DNA of 64,000 nt from Promethearchaeia archaeon (GTDB lineage Archaea; Asgardarchaeota; Lokiarchaeia; Sigyniarchaeales; SOKP01). Made by a program: the position numbers and the translations under genes. This document shows positions 30,529-41,267 of this stretch, in pieces. Position 1 is the stretch's first letter. Every line of letters begins with the position of its first letter. Location: NCBI GenBank assembly GCA_029856045.1, contig JAHQWG010000053.1:10021-74020 (forward strand), in the 5' to 3' direction. A model generated the notes under the pieces. The model saw nothing but the letters and a program-made list of their open reading frames with translations. It was not told where the DNA came from and made no database searches.

Positions 30529-31236
30529 TTAATTTAGACCAAAATACATTCTTCTATTATTCTTTCCTTTATTATCAGTCTTTAATAATTCAATCTTACC
30601 TATTTCTTTCAAATGTTTTACATGAGTCCCAGCATCTGCCTGCTCGTCAACATCTCCGATCTTTACTATACGTATTTCTTTAACATCTTCAGGCAATCCT
30701 TTGGCAAGATGTGTAAGCTCAGCCTTTTCCAATGCTTCCTCTCTAGAAATATAATAAGAAGTAACAGGCAAATCCTTCTCTATTATTTTATTTGCCTCAT
30801 TAACAGTAGCATGCAGCTTTTCAATTGAATAATCTTTCATTGAAAAATCCATTCTAGATCTATCAACACCTAACTGATTACCGGTAATTTTAGCATGAAA
30901 ATTCTTGTAAATAATTGCACTTAAAAGGTGAGCTGCAGTATGATGACGCATTAAAGTATAGCGCCTTTCCCAATCAAGCTCGCAAGAAACCTCATCACCC
31001 TCATTCAAACCAACTTTGCCAACCTCATGACTTATTTTACCTGAAAACTTACCAACATAAACAACTTTGAATTTTTCACCATTTTTGATAATGTATCCTT
31101 CATCCCATGGCTGACCCCCACTATTAGGATAAAATGCCGTATTATTAAGGACTATAAATTTTCCATCTTTAACATTAATAACTTTAGCAGTCCAAGATTT
31201 CAAATAAGAATCATTCATATAAAGAGCTTCTATCAT
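30529..31236 (-). CDS. alaXM: Alanyl-tRNA editing protein AlaX-M
   Basis: TAFYPNSGGQPWDEG, MRHHTAAH, QADAGTHV. Confidence 0.9.
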   Translation of the reverse strand: MIEALYMNDSYLKSWTAKVINVKDGKFIVLNNTAFYPNSGGQPWDEGYIIKNGEKFKVVYVGKFSGKISHEVGKVGLNEGDEVSCELDWERRYTLMRHHTAAHLLSAIIYKNFHAKITGNQLGVDRSRMDFSMKDYSIEKLHATVNEANKIIEKDLPVTSYYISREEALEKAELTHLAKGLPEDVKEIRIVKIGDVDEQADAGTHVKHLKEIGKIELLKTDNKGKNNRRMYFGLN

Positions 31237-31301
31237 AAAGATAAAAGAAAGAATCTAAATTCAAAAACTTTTCTTCTCTTCTAAATAGTTTTATCTTATT
31301 G

Positions 31302-32651
31302 TTATGAGTTTTTTTCTTGGATTATTTTAAGGATTTCTACATCTGTTGGTGCCATAGAATCGGAGATTTGACCAATTGCTTTAATTGTATCTTCTGCATT
31401 TTCAAAAATGATACCATTATCCGGAGATACTTTCATTCCATTAAGAGCCATGAGAGCACATTCAGTTGCTGTTCCAGCTGCTGTAGATAATTTGAGAGCA
31501 CAACTCTCTTTTGCTCCATCACAGATAAACCCTGTATTATTTGCGGCCATTAAATTGATTGCCGCATGAATCTGTTCAAGAGAACCACCAAGTAAATAGG
31601 TAATACCCGCTGTAACACCGATCCCTGCCTTAATTGCACAACCACAGAGTGCAGATAAATGACCGCAAGATATATCAGCCAATTTAGTAATAAAATGTGA
31701 GAATAGTATTGCCTCACAAATTTTGTCTTTATCAATATTTTTCATTTCACCCATAACGGTGATTGGGATGATAGCCATAATACCGAGATTTCCTGATCCT
31801 GAAGTCGTCATTACAGGTATGCTTGCACCACCCATTCGAGCATCCCCAGCAGAACCAACCTTGATACGCACTTGAGCAATTAAACTTTCCTCATATCCCT
31901 CTTGTTGGGCAATTTTATGCAAAGTTCTCCCAATTTTTAATCCATAATCATTGTTCATGCCCTCATCAACAACTTTTTTATTCATTATTATACCTTTATA
32001 GACTTCTTCTATTTCTTCAGAAGTTATTGATCGAGCAACCTTGAAGAGTTCTTCGATTTTTTCGGGAAATTTCTCTTTATCTTCTACTTCTTTTTTCCAA
32101 GAACCTTCAAATAATATTTTGCCATCAACCCTAATTTCAGTTACATTATCGTGATCTTTTTGCACCCTTACATAAGCGGTTTTAATATTACTATTAACTT
32201 GATATTCTACGCTCACTTGAATATCGAGATCTGGCTTATCACTCCATTCGATTTTTTTTATAATAATTTTATTGCTTTTTAGGATTTGTTTTGCTTTTTG
32301 AATTGATTCTGATGAAATTCCGTCAAATAGATTTAATTTTTTTCTGGGATCGCTAAATAATCCCATTGCTGATGCGATTGCCATTCCCTTTTGACCATTA
32401 GTCCCCGGAATTATATTTGAATAAGCATTTTTAAATACATTCAAGTCTGTCTCTATGGATATTTGTTTGATTTTATCAATTTCAATCTCTGAAGGGAGAT
32501 TTTTAAAAATAAAGTTGTCATTCTCATTAACTTTTATTATATCATTAAAAATCGCATGATATGCTAAAGAAGTAGCATATCCTACAGCAATCGGTTCTGT
32601 ACATCCCGTAGCTGGTTTTACATACTTCTTTAGAAAACTAATTGCATCCAT
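31302..32651 (-). CDS. L-cysteine desulfidase / serine dehydratase alpha-like (CdsB/CyuA/YhaM family)
   Basis: PATGCTEP, DARMGG, SGSGN, LSALCGC, CDGAKESCALK. Confidence 0.88.
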   Translation of the reverse strand: MDAISFLKKYVKPATGCTEPIAVGYATSLAYHAIFNDIIKVNENDNFIFKNLPSEIEIDKIKQISIETDLNVFKNAYSNIIPGTNGQKGMAIASAMGLFSDPRKKLNLFDGISSESIQKAKQILKSNKIIIKKIEWSDKPDLDIQVSVEYQVNSNIKTAYVRVQKDHDNVTEIRVDGKILFEGSWKKEVEDKEKFPEKIEELFKVARSITSEEIEEVYKGIIMNKKVVDEGMNNDYGLKIGRTLHKIAQQEGYEESLIAQVRIKVGSAGDARMGGASIPVMTTSGSGNLGIMAIIPITVMGEMKNIDKDKICEAILFSHFITKLADISCGHLSALCGCAIKAGIGVTAGITYLLGGSLEQIHAAINLMAANNTGFICDGAKESCALKLSTAAGTATECALMALNGMKVSPDNGIIFENAEDTIKAIGQISDSMAPTDVEILKIIQEKNS

Positions 32652-32807
32652 TTATTCTTTTTCACCTTTTTATTAAAAGAAATAAAGAAATATAAACGAA
32701 TATTTTGTATCTTAATTTCAATGATTATTTTAATTATTCATTATTTTTTTAACTTAATATGAAATTTGTATAGAAAATTTTTATGAAAGGAATCTTTTCA
32801 AATAGAA

Positions 32808-34052
32808 ATGAAAAATAATATCGAATTATCAAGTGTAAAGAAAGAGCCAAAGAAAATTTATACGCATATCATTAGAGGTAAAAAAGCAGCGGTGTTTTTT
32901 TTATTACTTGTTATTGTTTTTTTTGGTATGCAGATTTTTCAAATTGGTTCTTGGACATTTCAACCAAATTTAAAGTGGCCTTATCTGTATTATATCGGCG
33001 ATCCACAAAACTCAATAGGATTATCATGTGGAACACCAGTAGATTGTAAATTGATCTTAAATTATGGTGAAAATAATGAATCTTTTGAGTCTTCTATAGA
33101 AGAATCAATGCCAACCAACCTTCATTTCTTTAACTTCACTAACTTGAATCCTGATACAATTTATTATTGGAAATTAAATAGCTCTGATTCAGATTTAAAT
33201 TATCCATTTTTAAATAAAATTTATTCCTTTCAAACTGGTCCTATATCTACTGAAAAAAAACCATTCAAGTTTTGTGTTTTAGGAGATACACGCCCCGATA
33301 TTTGGGGCAATACTAAACATATATATCTTTTGAAAGAGGCTTTAAAAGAGCAACCAAATTTTATTTTAAATGTGGGGGATATGGTAATGGGTCCGGGAAT
33401 TACCGGGCATTGGGATAGATGGTTCTATGAAGTAAGAGAATGTGCTCAAAAGGGAATTCCTATTGAAATAGGGCTAGGAAATCATGAATGGGATGAATAT
33501 CAATGGTTATTTGGCTTTGAAGATAAGGGAATGACATATAAATATTATATGGAATATCCTGAACCTGAGAATTATTATGCATTTAATTATAGTAATGCAG
33601 CCTTTATCTCTCTTGATACAAATGAAGGTGAAATAACAGAAACACAGATAGAATGGCTTAATAAAACGCTTGAAATCGCAAATGCTGACGAAAACATTGA
33701 TTGGATTATTGTATTTGGGCATTATCCTTTATATTCGGAAGGAGGAAGAAATAGCAGAATTGGAAATGCTTTCGAAAATTCATTCAATAAATACAATGTA
33801 GATATGTATATATCCGGTCATATCCATCATTATGCAAGAGTGCAATTTAATGATATTACTTATATAATATCTGGTGGAGGTGGGGCAGAATTAGATGATA
33901 GAATTGATCCTACATTCTCAAATACTAAAAAAAGCGCAATAGCATTTCAATATTGCACTATTGAAATCGATGGATCACAATTATATTTTAAATGCATTAG
34001 CCATAATGGAATTATTATTGATGAATGTCAACTAACTCCGAGGAAGGTATGA
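32808..34052 (+). CDS. Membrane-anchored purple-acid-phosphatase-like metallophosphoesterase
   Basis: N-terminal TM, FN3-like region, GDTR, VGDMV, GNHE, GHYP, GHIH. Confidence 0.9.
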   Translation: MKNNIELSSVKKEPKKIYTHIIRGKKAAVFFLLLVIVFFGMQIFQIGSWTFQPNLKWPYLYYIGDPQNSIGLSCGTPVDCKLILNYGENNESFESSIEESMPTNLHFFNFTNLNPDTIYYWKLNSSDSDLNYPFLNKIYSFQTGPISTEKKPFKFCVLGDTRPDIWGNTKHIYLLKEALKEQPNFILNVGDMVMGPGITGHWDRWFYEVRECAQKGIPIEIGLGNHEWDEYQWLFGFEDKGMTYKYYMEYPEPENYYAFNYSNAAFISLDTNEGEITETQIEWLNKTLEIANADENIDWIIVFGHYPLYSEGGRNSRIGNAFENSFNKYNVDMYISGHIHHYARVQFNDITYIISGGGGAELDDRIDPTFSNTKKSAIAFQYCTIEIDGSQLYFKCISHNGIIIDECQLTPRKV

Positions 34053-34666
34053 AAAAAATGGCAGAATACACAATTTATATGACATTTATTATTGGATTTT
34101 TATTTTTACTTTGCAGAGATGCTGAAAAATTAAGATGGCTGGGCGGTCGTAAAGGAGAGGAATCCCCAGTTAAAGATGGCTCTTTCTGGTTCTTTCTTTG
34201 GGTTTCATTGATAATTCTTCGAGTATGTATTCTACAGACTAGTTTTCTAATAAATACCACCATTAATGAGCCTTCTATGATGATACTGTATTCACATCAA
34301 ATTTTTGGTATTCTTATGTTATTTTCTTTAGTCTTTGTCTTGCTAATTAAAGGATTTTTAAATCCCAGCTTAAATTTCATCATTGCTTTATTCTCTAATA
34401 TTATCACAACGATAATATTTTGGTCATTAAACATTCTTGATGAATCTAACTATACATCTCCAATAGTTGGTCTCATTGTGGGCGTAATTATTGAGAATAT
34501 ATTGATAAGGTTTTATAAATCCGGGAATAGAATTCTATGGAACTTACCGCCCAAAGTTTGGAAAACTGTAAATAACAAATGGTTTGTTTTGGCATTTACA
34601 ATATTATATGCGATAGAAATGTATTTGCAAATCTATTCAGAAAGTATTACGACCATTTTCATTTAA
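34049..34666 (+). CDS. Multi-pass membrane protein
   Basis: ATGA overlap with the phosphoesterase stop; several hydrophobic segments. Confidence 0.7.
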   Translation: MKKMAEYTIYMTFIIGFLFLLCRDAEKLRWLGGRKGEESPVKDGSFWFFLWVSLIILRVCILQTSFLINTTINEPSMMILYSHQIFGILMLFSLVFVLLIKGFLNPSLNFIIALFSNIITTIIFWSLNILDESNYTSPIVGLIVGVIIENILIRFYKSGNRILWNLPPKVWKTVNNKWFVLAFTILYAIEMYLQIYSESITTIFI

Positions 34667-34811
34667 ATATTTTAAATTAAACAGAAAAAAATCAGAAGTT
34701 GATAATTCTAAAAATCTGATAGAAACACTTACTTCTGAAGCATTTTGTAATAAATTCATAAAATCCTAATCATATAAACAGCGAAAATGAATCCTAAAAT
34801 TATTAAAATGA

Positions 34812-35441
34812 TTAAATTCTAAATTCTCCACCCATGTCAAGAAATTTTGAGTTAAGATTATTAACCTTAAGAAAATCGACTAATTTCTTTGCGTTTTCCT
34901 CTTTTTCACCTGTAAAATGATATGGAATTACCAATTTTGGAGAAATAATTTTTAAAAACTCTAAATAATCATTAAAATTACTCTCAAAACATGCAATAAA
35001 ACAGCAATCAATTTCGGTTTTAATTGCTCTTAACTGGTTGGAAAATTTGGCTGAATCTGCAGTATGTAATATCCTTTTACCTCCAATCTCAATTAAAAAT
35101 GCAACACACCCCTTCGATTTCCAACACTCGTTCTCGAAAACCTCTACAATACCATCATTTAGATTAACTTTGGTATTCGACTCAACTTCTAAAATATCGA
35201 ATTTAAAATTGTTGTGTACAATTTTTGGACCATAAATTGCTAGCCATTTTGGGTTTTCCGTATATTTTTCACAAATTTCATCAAGTTTATCTATATTAAT
35301 GTGATCTGAATGTTCATGCGTGATAAAAACTCTTCCAATTCCTTCTCTGGGAGGAGACAAAAATACGGGGTCTATAATGATATGATCTTTTTCACCAATC
35401 AATTCTATGCACGCATTGCCTAAAAACCTACAAATCAACAT
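34812..35441 (-). CDS. MBL-fold metallo-hydrolase
   Basis: IIIDP, THEHSDH, HTADS, IPYH. Confidence 0.88.
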   Translation of the reverse strand: MLICRFLGNACIELIGEKDHIIIDPVFLSPPREGIGRVFITHEHSDHINIDKLDEICEKYTENPKWLAIYGPKIVHNNFKFDILEVESNTKVNLNDGIVEVFENECWKSKGCVAFLIEIGGKRILHTADSAKFSNQLRAIKTEIDCCFIACFESNFNDYLEFLKIISPKLVIPYHFTGEKEENAKKLVDFLKVNNLNSKFLDMGGEFRI

Positions 35442-35470
35442 TACAAAATCATCTCTTTTATGTAATTAAT

Positions 35471-35842
35471 TTAAAGTGTTTTGAATAACTTTTTTTCTAT
35501 TATTTCAACTATGATAGATACATTTGACCATCCATATTGTCTATCTAAGCCGGGAACGAAGAAAATCGGAATAAATCCGATGGATGTAAAAAAGGTTACG
35601 ATTTTATCCCATTTTTCTTTAAATTCAGGCTTGGAGCGTTTCTGGATTAAATTAGGGTCATATTTGCTGAAATATAAGATATTATTTATAAAAAACACGT
35701 AAAATAAAATGAGTACAATCCAAGCCTCAACCCATAAAAAATTATTAGCGGGTATTAACATCCCTAATCCAAGCAAGAACGTTACAAAGGTTACTACACC
35801 AATAAACTTCCCCTTTGATAAATCTGTCCCTTTATCTGTCAT
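35471..35842 (-). pseudogene. Truncated ICMT/PEMT-family membrane methyltransferase (N-terminal half)
   Basis: WVEAW, DPNLIQKR, EKWDK, PGLDRQYGWS match the N-half. The catalytic C-half (GPY..RHPMY) is absent. Confidence 0.65.
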
Positions 35843-35905
35843 GATTGAAATAATACTAGCTTATTTTTTGCTGTATTTCTATTGCTCATATCTATTCTGT
35901 AAAAT

Positions 35906-36814
35906 TTATTTAGATAATAAAAATTCCCTAAATGACATCATAAATTCATTTTCTTTAATTAACGTTCCTAGATGACCAGTATTCTCGTAAATTATATCTG
36001 AAACATTGGGGAACTGTTTTTTTAATCTTTCGTGATATTTAAAATCGGAATCTGTGTTAGATGTTACTACTAACACCCGTCCTGTCCAATCTTGAAATGA
36101 AATCTTATTCAATTTCATACTATCTGACACCAGTTTAAATTGACATAAAACATCCTTTTTCGTGATTTTAGTCTTAAATATCTCTGTAAAAAAACATTTA
36201 AAAAATTTAACACGTTCAACTTGCTCTTCTGTTAGATTTACATCAACTTTAGTTAGTTTTAATAATTCTCTTGAAAGAATTTTAAATAAAAGAGAGTAGG
36301 GAACGATGTGTACGATAAAAATCATTAATTTAAAGTACCAATTCCATTCTGGAAGAGGAGGAAATGTAAAACTTAAAATAAGTTTTTCAATTCTGTGGAA
36401 CGCATGATAAAAATAAGATTGTGCCATCAATCCACCAAAACTTCCCCCATAAACATAAAGAGTCTCAACTTTTTCTTCTTTAAGAATATTGTCAATCCCG
36501 ATGAAAAATTGATTCAGATTTTTGAATCCTTTTATAGAAGGCGCAATAATTTTGTATTCTGATTGTAATTGTAAAATTCGATTATAAGCAGTTTCAGCAT
36601 TGCCCATCGCTCCGTGAAATATCAATAGAGTCTTTTTTCCTGAACCAGAAGTAATATATTCTGATGTAATTCCGTTCTTTGACAACAGAGTAAATTTATT
36701 CTGATTTCTAAATTCAATTAATTCCTTCATTAGAGTGTCATCAACATGAACATAAAAATCTGGATTACTTTTTGGTATAGGTATTTCTTTTTTCAAGTTT
36801 GACATAATTTTCAC
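35906..36814 (-). CDS. Alpha/beta hydrolase
   Basis: FHG oxyanion motif, GGSFGG nucleophile elbow, TGH. Confidence 0.85.
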   Translation of the reverse strand: MKIMSNLKKEIPIPKSNPDFYVHVDDTLMKELIEFRNQNKFTLLSKNGITSEYITSGSGKKTLLIFHGAMGNAETAYNRILQLQSEYKIIAPSIKGFKNLNQFFIGIDNILKEEKVETLYVYGGSFGGLMAQSYFYHAFHRIEKLILSFTFPPLPEWNWYFKLMIFIVHIVPYSLLFKILSRELLKLTKVDVNLTEEQVERVKFFKCFFTEIFKTKITKKDVLCQFKLVSDSMKLNKISFQDWTGRVLVVTSNTDSDFKYHERLKKQFPNVSDIIYENTGHLGTLIKENEFMMSFREFLLSK

Positions 36815-36863
36815 ATCTGATAATTCAATCTGGGCTCACTACTTGTAAATTGTTTTATAACAT

Positions 36864-36891
36864 TTAGTTTGTACTAATTAGTCACAACTAA
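36864..36891. promoter_or_regulatory. 28-bp imperfect palindrome (candidate repressor operator) abutting a TATA-like box
   Basis: TTAGTTTGTACTAATTAGTCACAACTAA with perfect core ACTAATTAGT; TTTATAAA at 36892-36899. Confidence 0.5.
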
Positions 36892-36923
36892 TTTATAAAT
36901 TTAATGATTTAATATCATCATTA

Positions 36924-37217
36924 GTGATCTATAATATAACCAATAAATATAAAATTACTGAGATAATGGAAAAAGTTATTGAAATGATTAGAACCTTTCA
37001 GGAAGATTATTGGATTTCTGTTAAGCATGAGACCAACATCAATTATTTAATAAAAGAAATTAAAGATAAAAAAAGGAAGCCTTCCAGAAACGAAACGGTA
37101 GAATTGATAAAATATTTTAGAAAAATAAAAAAGAAAATAAAAAAAAGAATCCGAAAAATTGAAAATGAAGCGAGCTTTTTTAATAAACATCATAGAAAGA
37201 ATCGCTTAACCTTCTAA
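36924..37217 (+). CDS. Hypothetical basic protein
   Basis: ORF only; start uncertain (GTG 36924 or an internal ATG). Confidence 0.4.
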   Translation: MIYNITNKYKITEIMEKVIEMIRTFQEDYWISVKHETNINYLIKEIKDKKRKPSRNETVELIKYFRKIKKKIKKRIRKIENEASFFNKHHRKNRLTF

Positions 37218-37581
37218 TTATTTGTAAATAATCGGAAACATTTAGAAGATTCCAAAATTTATTTCAATCTTTAAACTTGAATCTATAAAAATAATGAAAG
37301 TTTAATTATTATCTTAATGATAATTCTTGAATATTCAGCTAGATTTTATCTACGAAGATTCAATTTTTTGAATTTATGAACTTAAAATATATTCTAATTT
37401 ATATTCCAAGTGTTGTTTTTCTTGGACATAATAATCTATATATCATTTATCTGTAAGGGGGAAATACTAAAAGCAATATTTAGGCAAGACTGATAATTCC
37501 TTTTATAAATCAGAAATCTAATTTAAAGGAAATTTTCTTAATCAAAATACTTTAAGTTGTTATTTCATTAATTTTTAACAA

Positions 37582-37935
37582 TTAATAAATACGCCAGAGG
37601 TAAATATCAAGATCAATGGATTGATCTTCCTTAAAAACAATACCCTCTTTTTCCAACAGATCTTTTTGAGTTTCATAACCACGATAAAGGGGCAAAGAAA
37701 TACGTCCCTTACTATTAATAACTCTATGCCACGGTAAATCATATTTTCTAGAGCAAGAATGCAATATCCAAGATACCTGACGTGAAGCACGTGGATTACC
37801 TGCATAAGCAGCAATTTGACCATAAGTGGCAACTTTTCCTGGTGGTATCTGCTTTATTAGTTGTTTTACGTGCTCAGAAAATGAATAGTTCATGTTATTA
37901 TCATCTTCATTAAATATTTTCATTCCAATATTCAC
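37582..37935 (-). CDS. Alkyltransferase-like (ATL, MGMT family) DNA base-flipping protein
   Basis: IPPGKVATYGQIA; PWHRV (Trp in place of the MGMT Cys). Start may be a downstream ATG. Confidence 0.9.
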   Translation of the reverse strand: MNIGMKIFNEDDNNMNYSFSEHVKQLIKQIPPGKVATYGQIAAYAGNPRASRQVSWILHSCSRKYDLPWHRVINSKGRISLPLYRGYETQKDLLEKEGIVFKEDQSIDLDIYLWRIY

Positions 37936-38004
37936 TTGATTTATTAGAATAAAAATAAGAAAAAAAAGAATATTTTTTGTTTTTTTAATTATTTTACTAT
38001 TCCA

Positions 38005-38418
38005 TTACGTTCTCTTTTCTTCTCGAAGGTAGAAGTAGATGTTTATAACTATTAAAATGATTTTTATTATAGTAGCAATTATTTGACCTGTAATCCAGGT
38101 AGCTGAACCAGTAATAGTAATATAAGCCACAATATCTAAAATAAGCAATAGTATTTCATATGCGATTGCAAGCTCGAAGGTTATTTTAACTTTCTCCCAG
38201 TCTGCTCTTATGATCGCAATTATACCGAAAATTCCAAGAACCACAAGAGCTCCACCACAAACCCTTAAGGCTTGTACATCAAACGCAGGTGCATCAGTTA
38301 ATTGGTAATATATCTCAGGAATTATCAATTCAAGAAATCCATAGATAAATGCAACAATTACATTAACAATAATCACAATTTTCATTTCTTTTGACATTTC
38401 TGCCATAGATTTTATCAT
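38005..38418 (-). CDS. Four-TM membrane protein
   Basis: Four hydrophobic segments. Confidence 0.7.
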   Translation of the reverse strand: MIKSMAEMSKEMKIVIIVNVIVAFIYGFLELIIPEIYYQLTDAPAFDVQALRVCGGALVVLGIFGIIAIIRADWEKVKITFELAIAYEILLLILDIVAYITITGSATWITGQIIATIIKIILIVINIYFYLREEKRT

Positions 38419-38709
38419 CTCTTATTTTTTTTATTAAAAATTGTATCTCCTTTTTAAAACAAGTTAATGTAAGTTACTTTTTAATTTAAACATTAATACA
38501 AAATTGTTAAAGAATAAAATAGTTTTTATTTTTTTTTATAAAAAATCTAAATAATTATGACATCATTCTTTTCTATGATACAAGAAATAATAGAATAATA
38601 GATAATGCAATAATTTTAATTAAAAAAATATAAAAACATATAATGATTTTACTATTAATAGAATAATTATTTTATTAAATAATTAAAATATAAAATAACA
38701 TATATAAAA

Positions 38710-38961
38710 ATGACATATACTACAATTTCTATTAAAGATAAGACCAAAAAAGAATTAAAGAATCTTCTATCAATATATAACGCAAAATCTATGGATGAAT
38801 TACTAAAATTATTAATAATAGAAGCAAAGAAAAAGAAGATTGACGATTTTGGCATTGAATTTCAAAAAAAATTAAAAGAAAAGAATTTATCTTTAGAAGA
38901 TATCATAAAATCTGGAGAAGAAATAAGAGCAAAGATCTTAAAGGAAGAATCTAAGAAATGA
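38710..38961 (+). CDS. VapB-type RHH antitoxin
   Basis: TTISIKDKTKKEL...SMDELLKLLI; ATGA overlap with a PIN gene. Confidence 0.75.
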   Translation: MTYTTISIKDKTKKELKNLLSIYNAKSMDELLKLLIIEAKKKKIDDFGIEFQKKLKEKNLSLEDIIKSGEEIRAKILKEESKK

Positions 38962-39386
38962 TTCCCTTAGTTATAGATACCAACATAATATATTCAGTCA
39001 TATATAATAAAAATGGCGTCGAAAGACAACTTCTTAATTATATTATTGATAATAATGAAATTCAATTATTTGCACCCGCTATATTTTGGGATGAAATTCT
39101 TAGGAATCTTTCAAAAAAATTAAATTTTCAGGAAAAAGCTGTGAATTCTATTCTTTCCCAATTTGATATAATTGAAATTTCTCCCAAACAATATGAACCA
39201 AAGATTGTTGAGGCTAGAAGTTTAATTTTCCATGAAAATAACGTACCTTTTGTTGCCTGTGCTCTTTTCTTAAATGCACCAATTTGGTCAGGAAATGAAA
39301 CTCATTTTAAAGCTTTAGATAAATCTAAAAAAGTAATCTGGTTTAATTCAAAAAGATTAAACAATTTTTTTAAAAAATCGAATTAA
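38958..39386 (+). CDS. PIN-domain (VapC-like) toxin
   Basis: LVIDTNII, DE, VPFVACAL, IWSGNETHF. Confidence 0.85.
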   Translation: MIPLVIDTNIIYSVIYNKNGVERQLLNYIIDNNEIQLFAPAIFWDEILRNLSKKLNFQEKAVNSILSQFDIIEISPKQYEPKIVEARSLIFHENNVPFVACALFLNAPIWSGNETHFKALDKSKKVIWFNSKRLNNFFKKSN

Positions 39387-39523
39387 ATATGTCAGTAGAT
39401 CTACAATTTCATAAATATAAAATTTAATTCATAAATCTTTAAATATAGGTTCTAGAGAATTATAAATAATTACATAAATCTAAAATAAAATTTTAAAAAA
39501 TATTAAATAATAGAAAAAGAGGA

Positions 39524-41008
39524 TTGGCTGTGAGAAATTTAAAAGTCAAAATAAAAAAACCTATGCTACTGATAATTATTTCAGTCACATTAATGTTAAT
39601 AATTGGGATTACAGGAACTTTGGAGTTGTTGGGTAAAGGAACTGTGATTCTTAGTCTTACTGGAGCAATTATTTTTGCTGGTTTAATGGGGTGTGGAATT
39701 TTTTCTTTACTAATTAATGTATTCCGAGAGGTGTTCTTTATAGCTGAAACTTCAAGAAATTTCAAACGTAAAATCATAAAATCAGGTAAATATGTTGTCG
39801 TTATCTTATTTACACTAATAATCACTCTTGTCGCAGTTTTAGGAACAATGCTCATTTATTGGAATATTCGCCTTCCTCCCTCTTATGAAACAGATTCGGT
39901 GCTACAATTGGAAACATATATTGCAATACCACCTGGAAATCAATTGGAAAAACACCACAAATCCAATACTAAATTATATTATTGGAAAGGGAATTTTTAT
40001 CTCACTTATCAATCATCTAAATGGCATCTTGAAGACAAAAATGGGGAACTGATAATTGCCAAATCTCCAGATGCATCCGAGGGAAGCTGGGAAATAATAG
40101 CAAGTATAAAGGGTCCAGGACAAAATGATGTTAGAGATCCATTAATAACAGAAATTAACGGTAGTCTGTTCTTTTATTTTTTACCAAACTTTAGATTCGA
40201 CCCTGGTCCAAATACAACCTACTGGACTGTTAGTGATGACGGTGAGACCTGGGCTGAACCACAAGAATTAGAAGTAAATGTATTATATGAAGATGGATGG
40301 AAAACAGAAGCAGGATGGGTTTTTGGTAGACAACGACCAATAACTGAAGATAATATTACTTGGTATGTTATGGCTAGCGGGAGAAAAAATAATAAAAGAA
40401 TGACAATTTTACTGGAGTCTACAGATGGTATCAATTGGACGGAAGTCTCTGTAGTCTACGATACATATGGCAGTGGCGAAGCTTGTATGGAATTTTTACC
40501 AAACGGAGAATTTATTGCTACACTCCGAGTTAGTGCTATGAGCAGCTGGACTGGCTATGAATTTGGCACTCCTCATGCCGGTACAATTATTGCTACCTCG
40601 TATAATAATCATAAAAATTGGTCCCATCATGCCGATTTTCAAACCAGAATGGACGGTGCTACACTCTTTACTTTAAATAATCGATCAAGAATATTTGTTG
40701 CCGGTAGAAATCATTTGGGTCCAAGAATAGATATTGGTAATCACGTGAGTAGAAAACGGACAGCCATTTATGAAGTAAAGAAAGATCACCTAATTCATCT
40801 TTTCGATTTACCCAGCAATGGAGATACTGCTTATACAGGCGTGGTCGTAAGAGGAGATGACATTTACGTCAGCTATTATACATGCCCGATTAATAAAGAT
40901 TATCCGTGGATTGTTGGGATTTGTATTCACACCGAAACAGAGATTAGAATAGCAAAATTTAGCACCTCTGGACTAATTGAATATGCAAATCAAATTGGGG
41001 GTGGTTAA
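39524..41008 (+). CDS. Membrane-anchored BNR/Asp-box (sialidase-like beta-propeller) protein
   Basis: Three N-terminal TMs; DVRDP; Asp-boxes VSDDGETW and STDGINW; GDTAY. Confidence 0.75.
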   Translation: MAVRNLKVKIKKPMLLIIISVTLMLIIGITGTLELLGKGTVILSLTGAIIFAGLMGCGIFSLLINVFREVFFIAETSRNFKRKIIKSGKYVVVILFTLIITLVAVLGTMLIYWNIRLPPSYETDSVLQLETYIAIPPGNQLEKHHKSNTKLYYWKGNFYLTYQSSKWHLEDKNGELIIAKSPDASEGSWEIIASIKGPGQNDVRDPLITEINGSLFFYFLPNFRFDPGPNTTYWTVSDDGETWAEPQELEVNVLYEDGWKTEAGWVFGRQRPITEDNITWYVMASGRKNNKRMTILLESTDGINWTEVSVVYDTYGSGEACMEFLPNGEFIATLRVSAMSSWTGYEFGTPHAGTIIATSYNNHKNWSHHADFQTRMDGATLFTLNNRSRIFVAGRNHLGPRIDIGNHVSRKRTAIYEVKKDHLIHLFDLPSNGDTAYTGVVVRGDDIYVSYYTCPINKDYPWIVGICIHTETEIRIAKFSTSGLIEYANQIGGG

Positions 41009-41009
41009 A

Positions 41010-41141
41010 ATGTCTCAGGAAAAAGAAGAGGAAAAAATAAGCGATAAAGAAAAATTCATGATTGAACTTTTAATCATGACTGTAGTCGGCTTACTCGTTA
41101 TAGTCCCACTTATCTTATATGGATATCACTTTTTAATTTAA
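41010..41141 (+). CDS. 43-aa single-TM microprotein
   Basis: MSQEKEEEKISDKEKFMIELLIMTVVGLLVIVPLILYGYHFLI*; 1 bp after the upstream stop, G-rich GGGGGTGG SD-like run. Confidence 0.65.
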   Translation: MSQEKEEEKISDKEKFMIELLIMTVVGLLVIVPLILYGYHFLI

Positions 41142-41159
41142 TATGGAGGAATGTAAAAA

Positions 41160-41267
41160 ATGGATAAAAAAATGATTTGGAACATTACACGAATAGTTTA
41201 TTGGACATTAATATTCATTTTAGCACTCTACTTTGTCTTTCTACTAATAACAACGCTTTTTATGTAG
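41160..41267 (+). CDS. 35-aa single-TM microprotein
   Basis: MDKKMIWNITRIVYWTLIFILALYFVFLLITTLFM*; GGAGG SD upstream. Confidence 0.65.
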   Translation: MDKKMIWNITRIVYWTLIFILALYFVFLLITTLFM

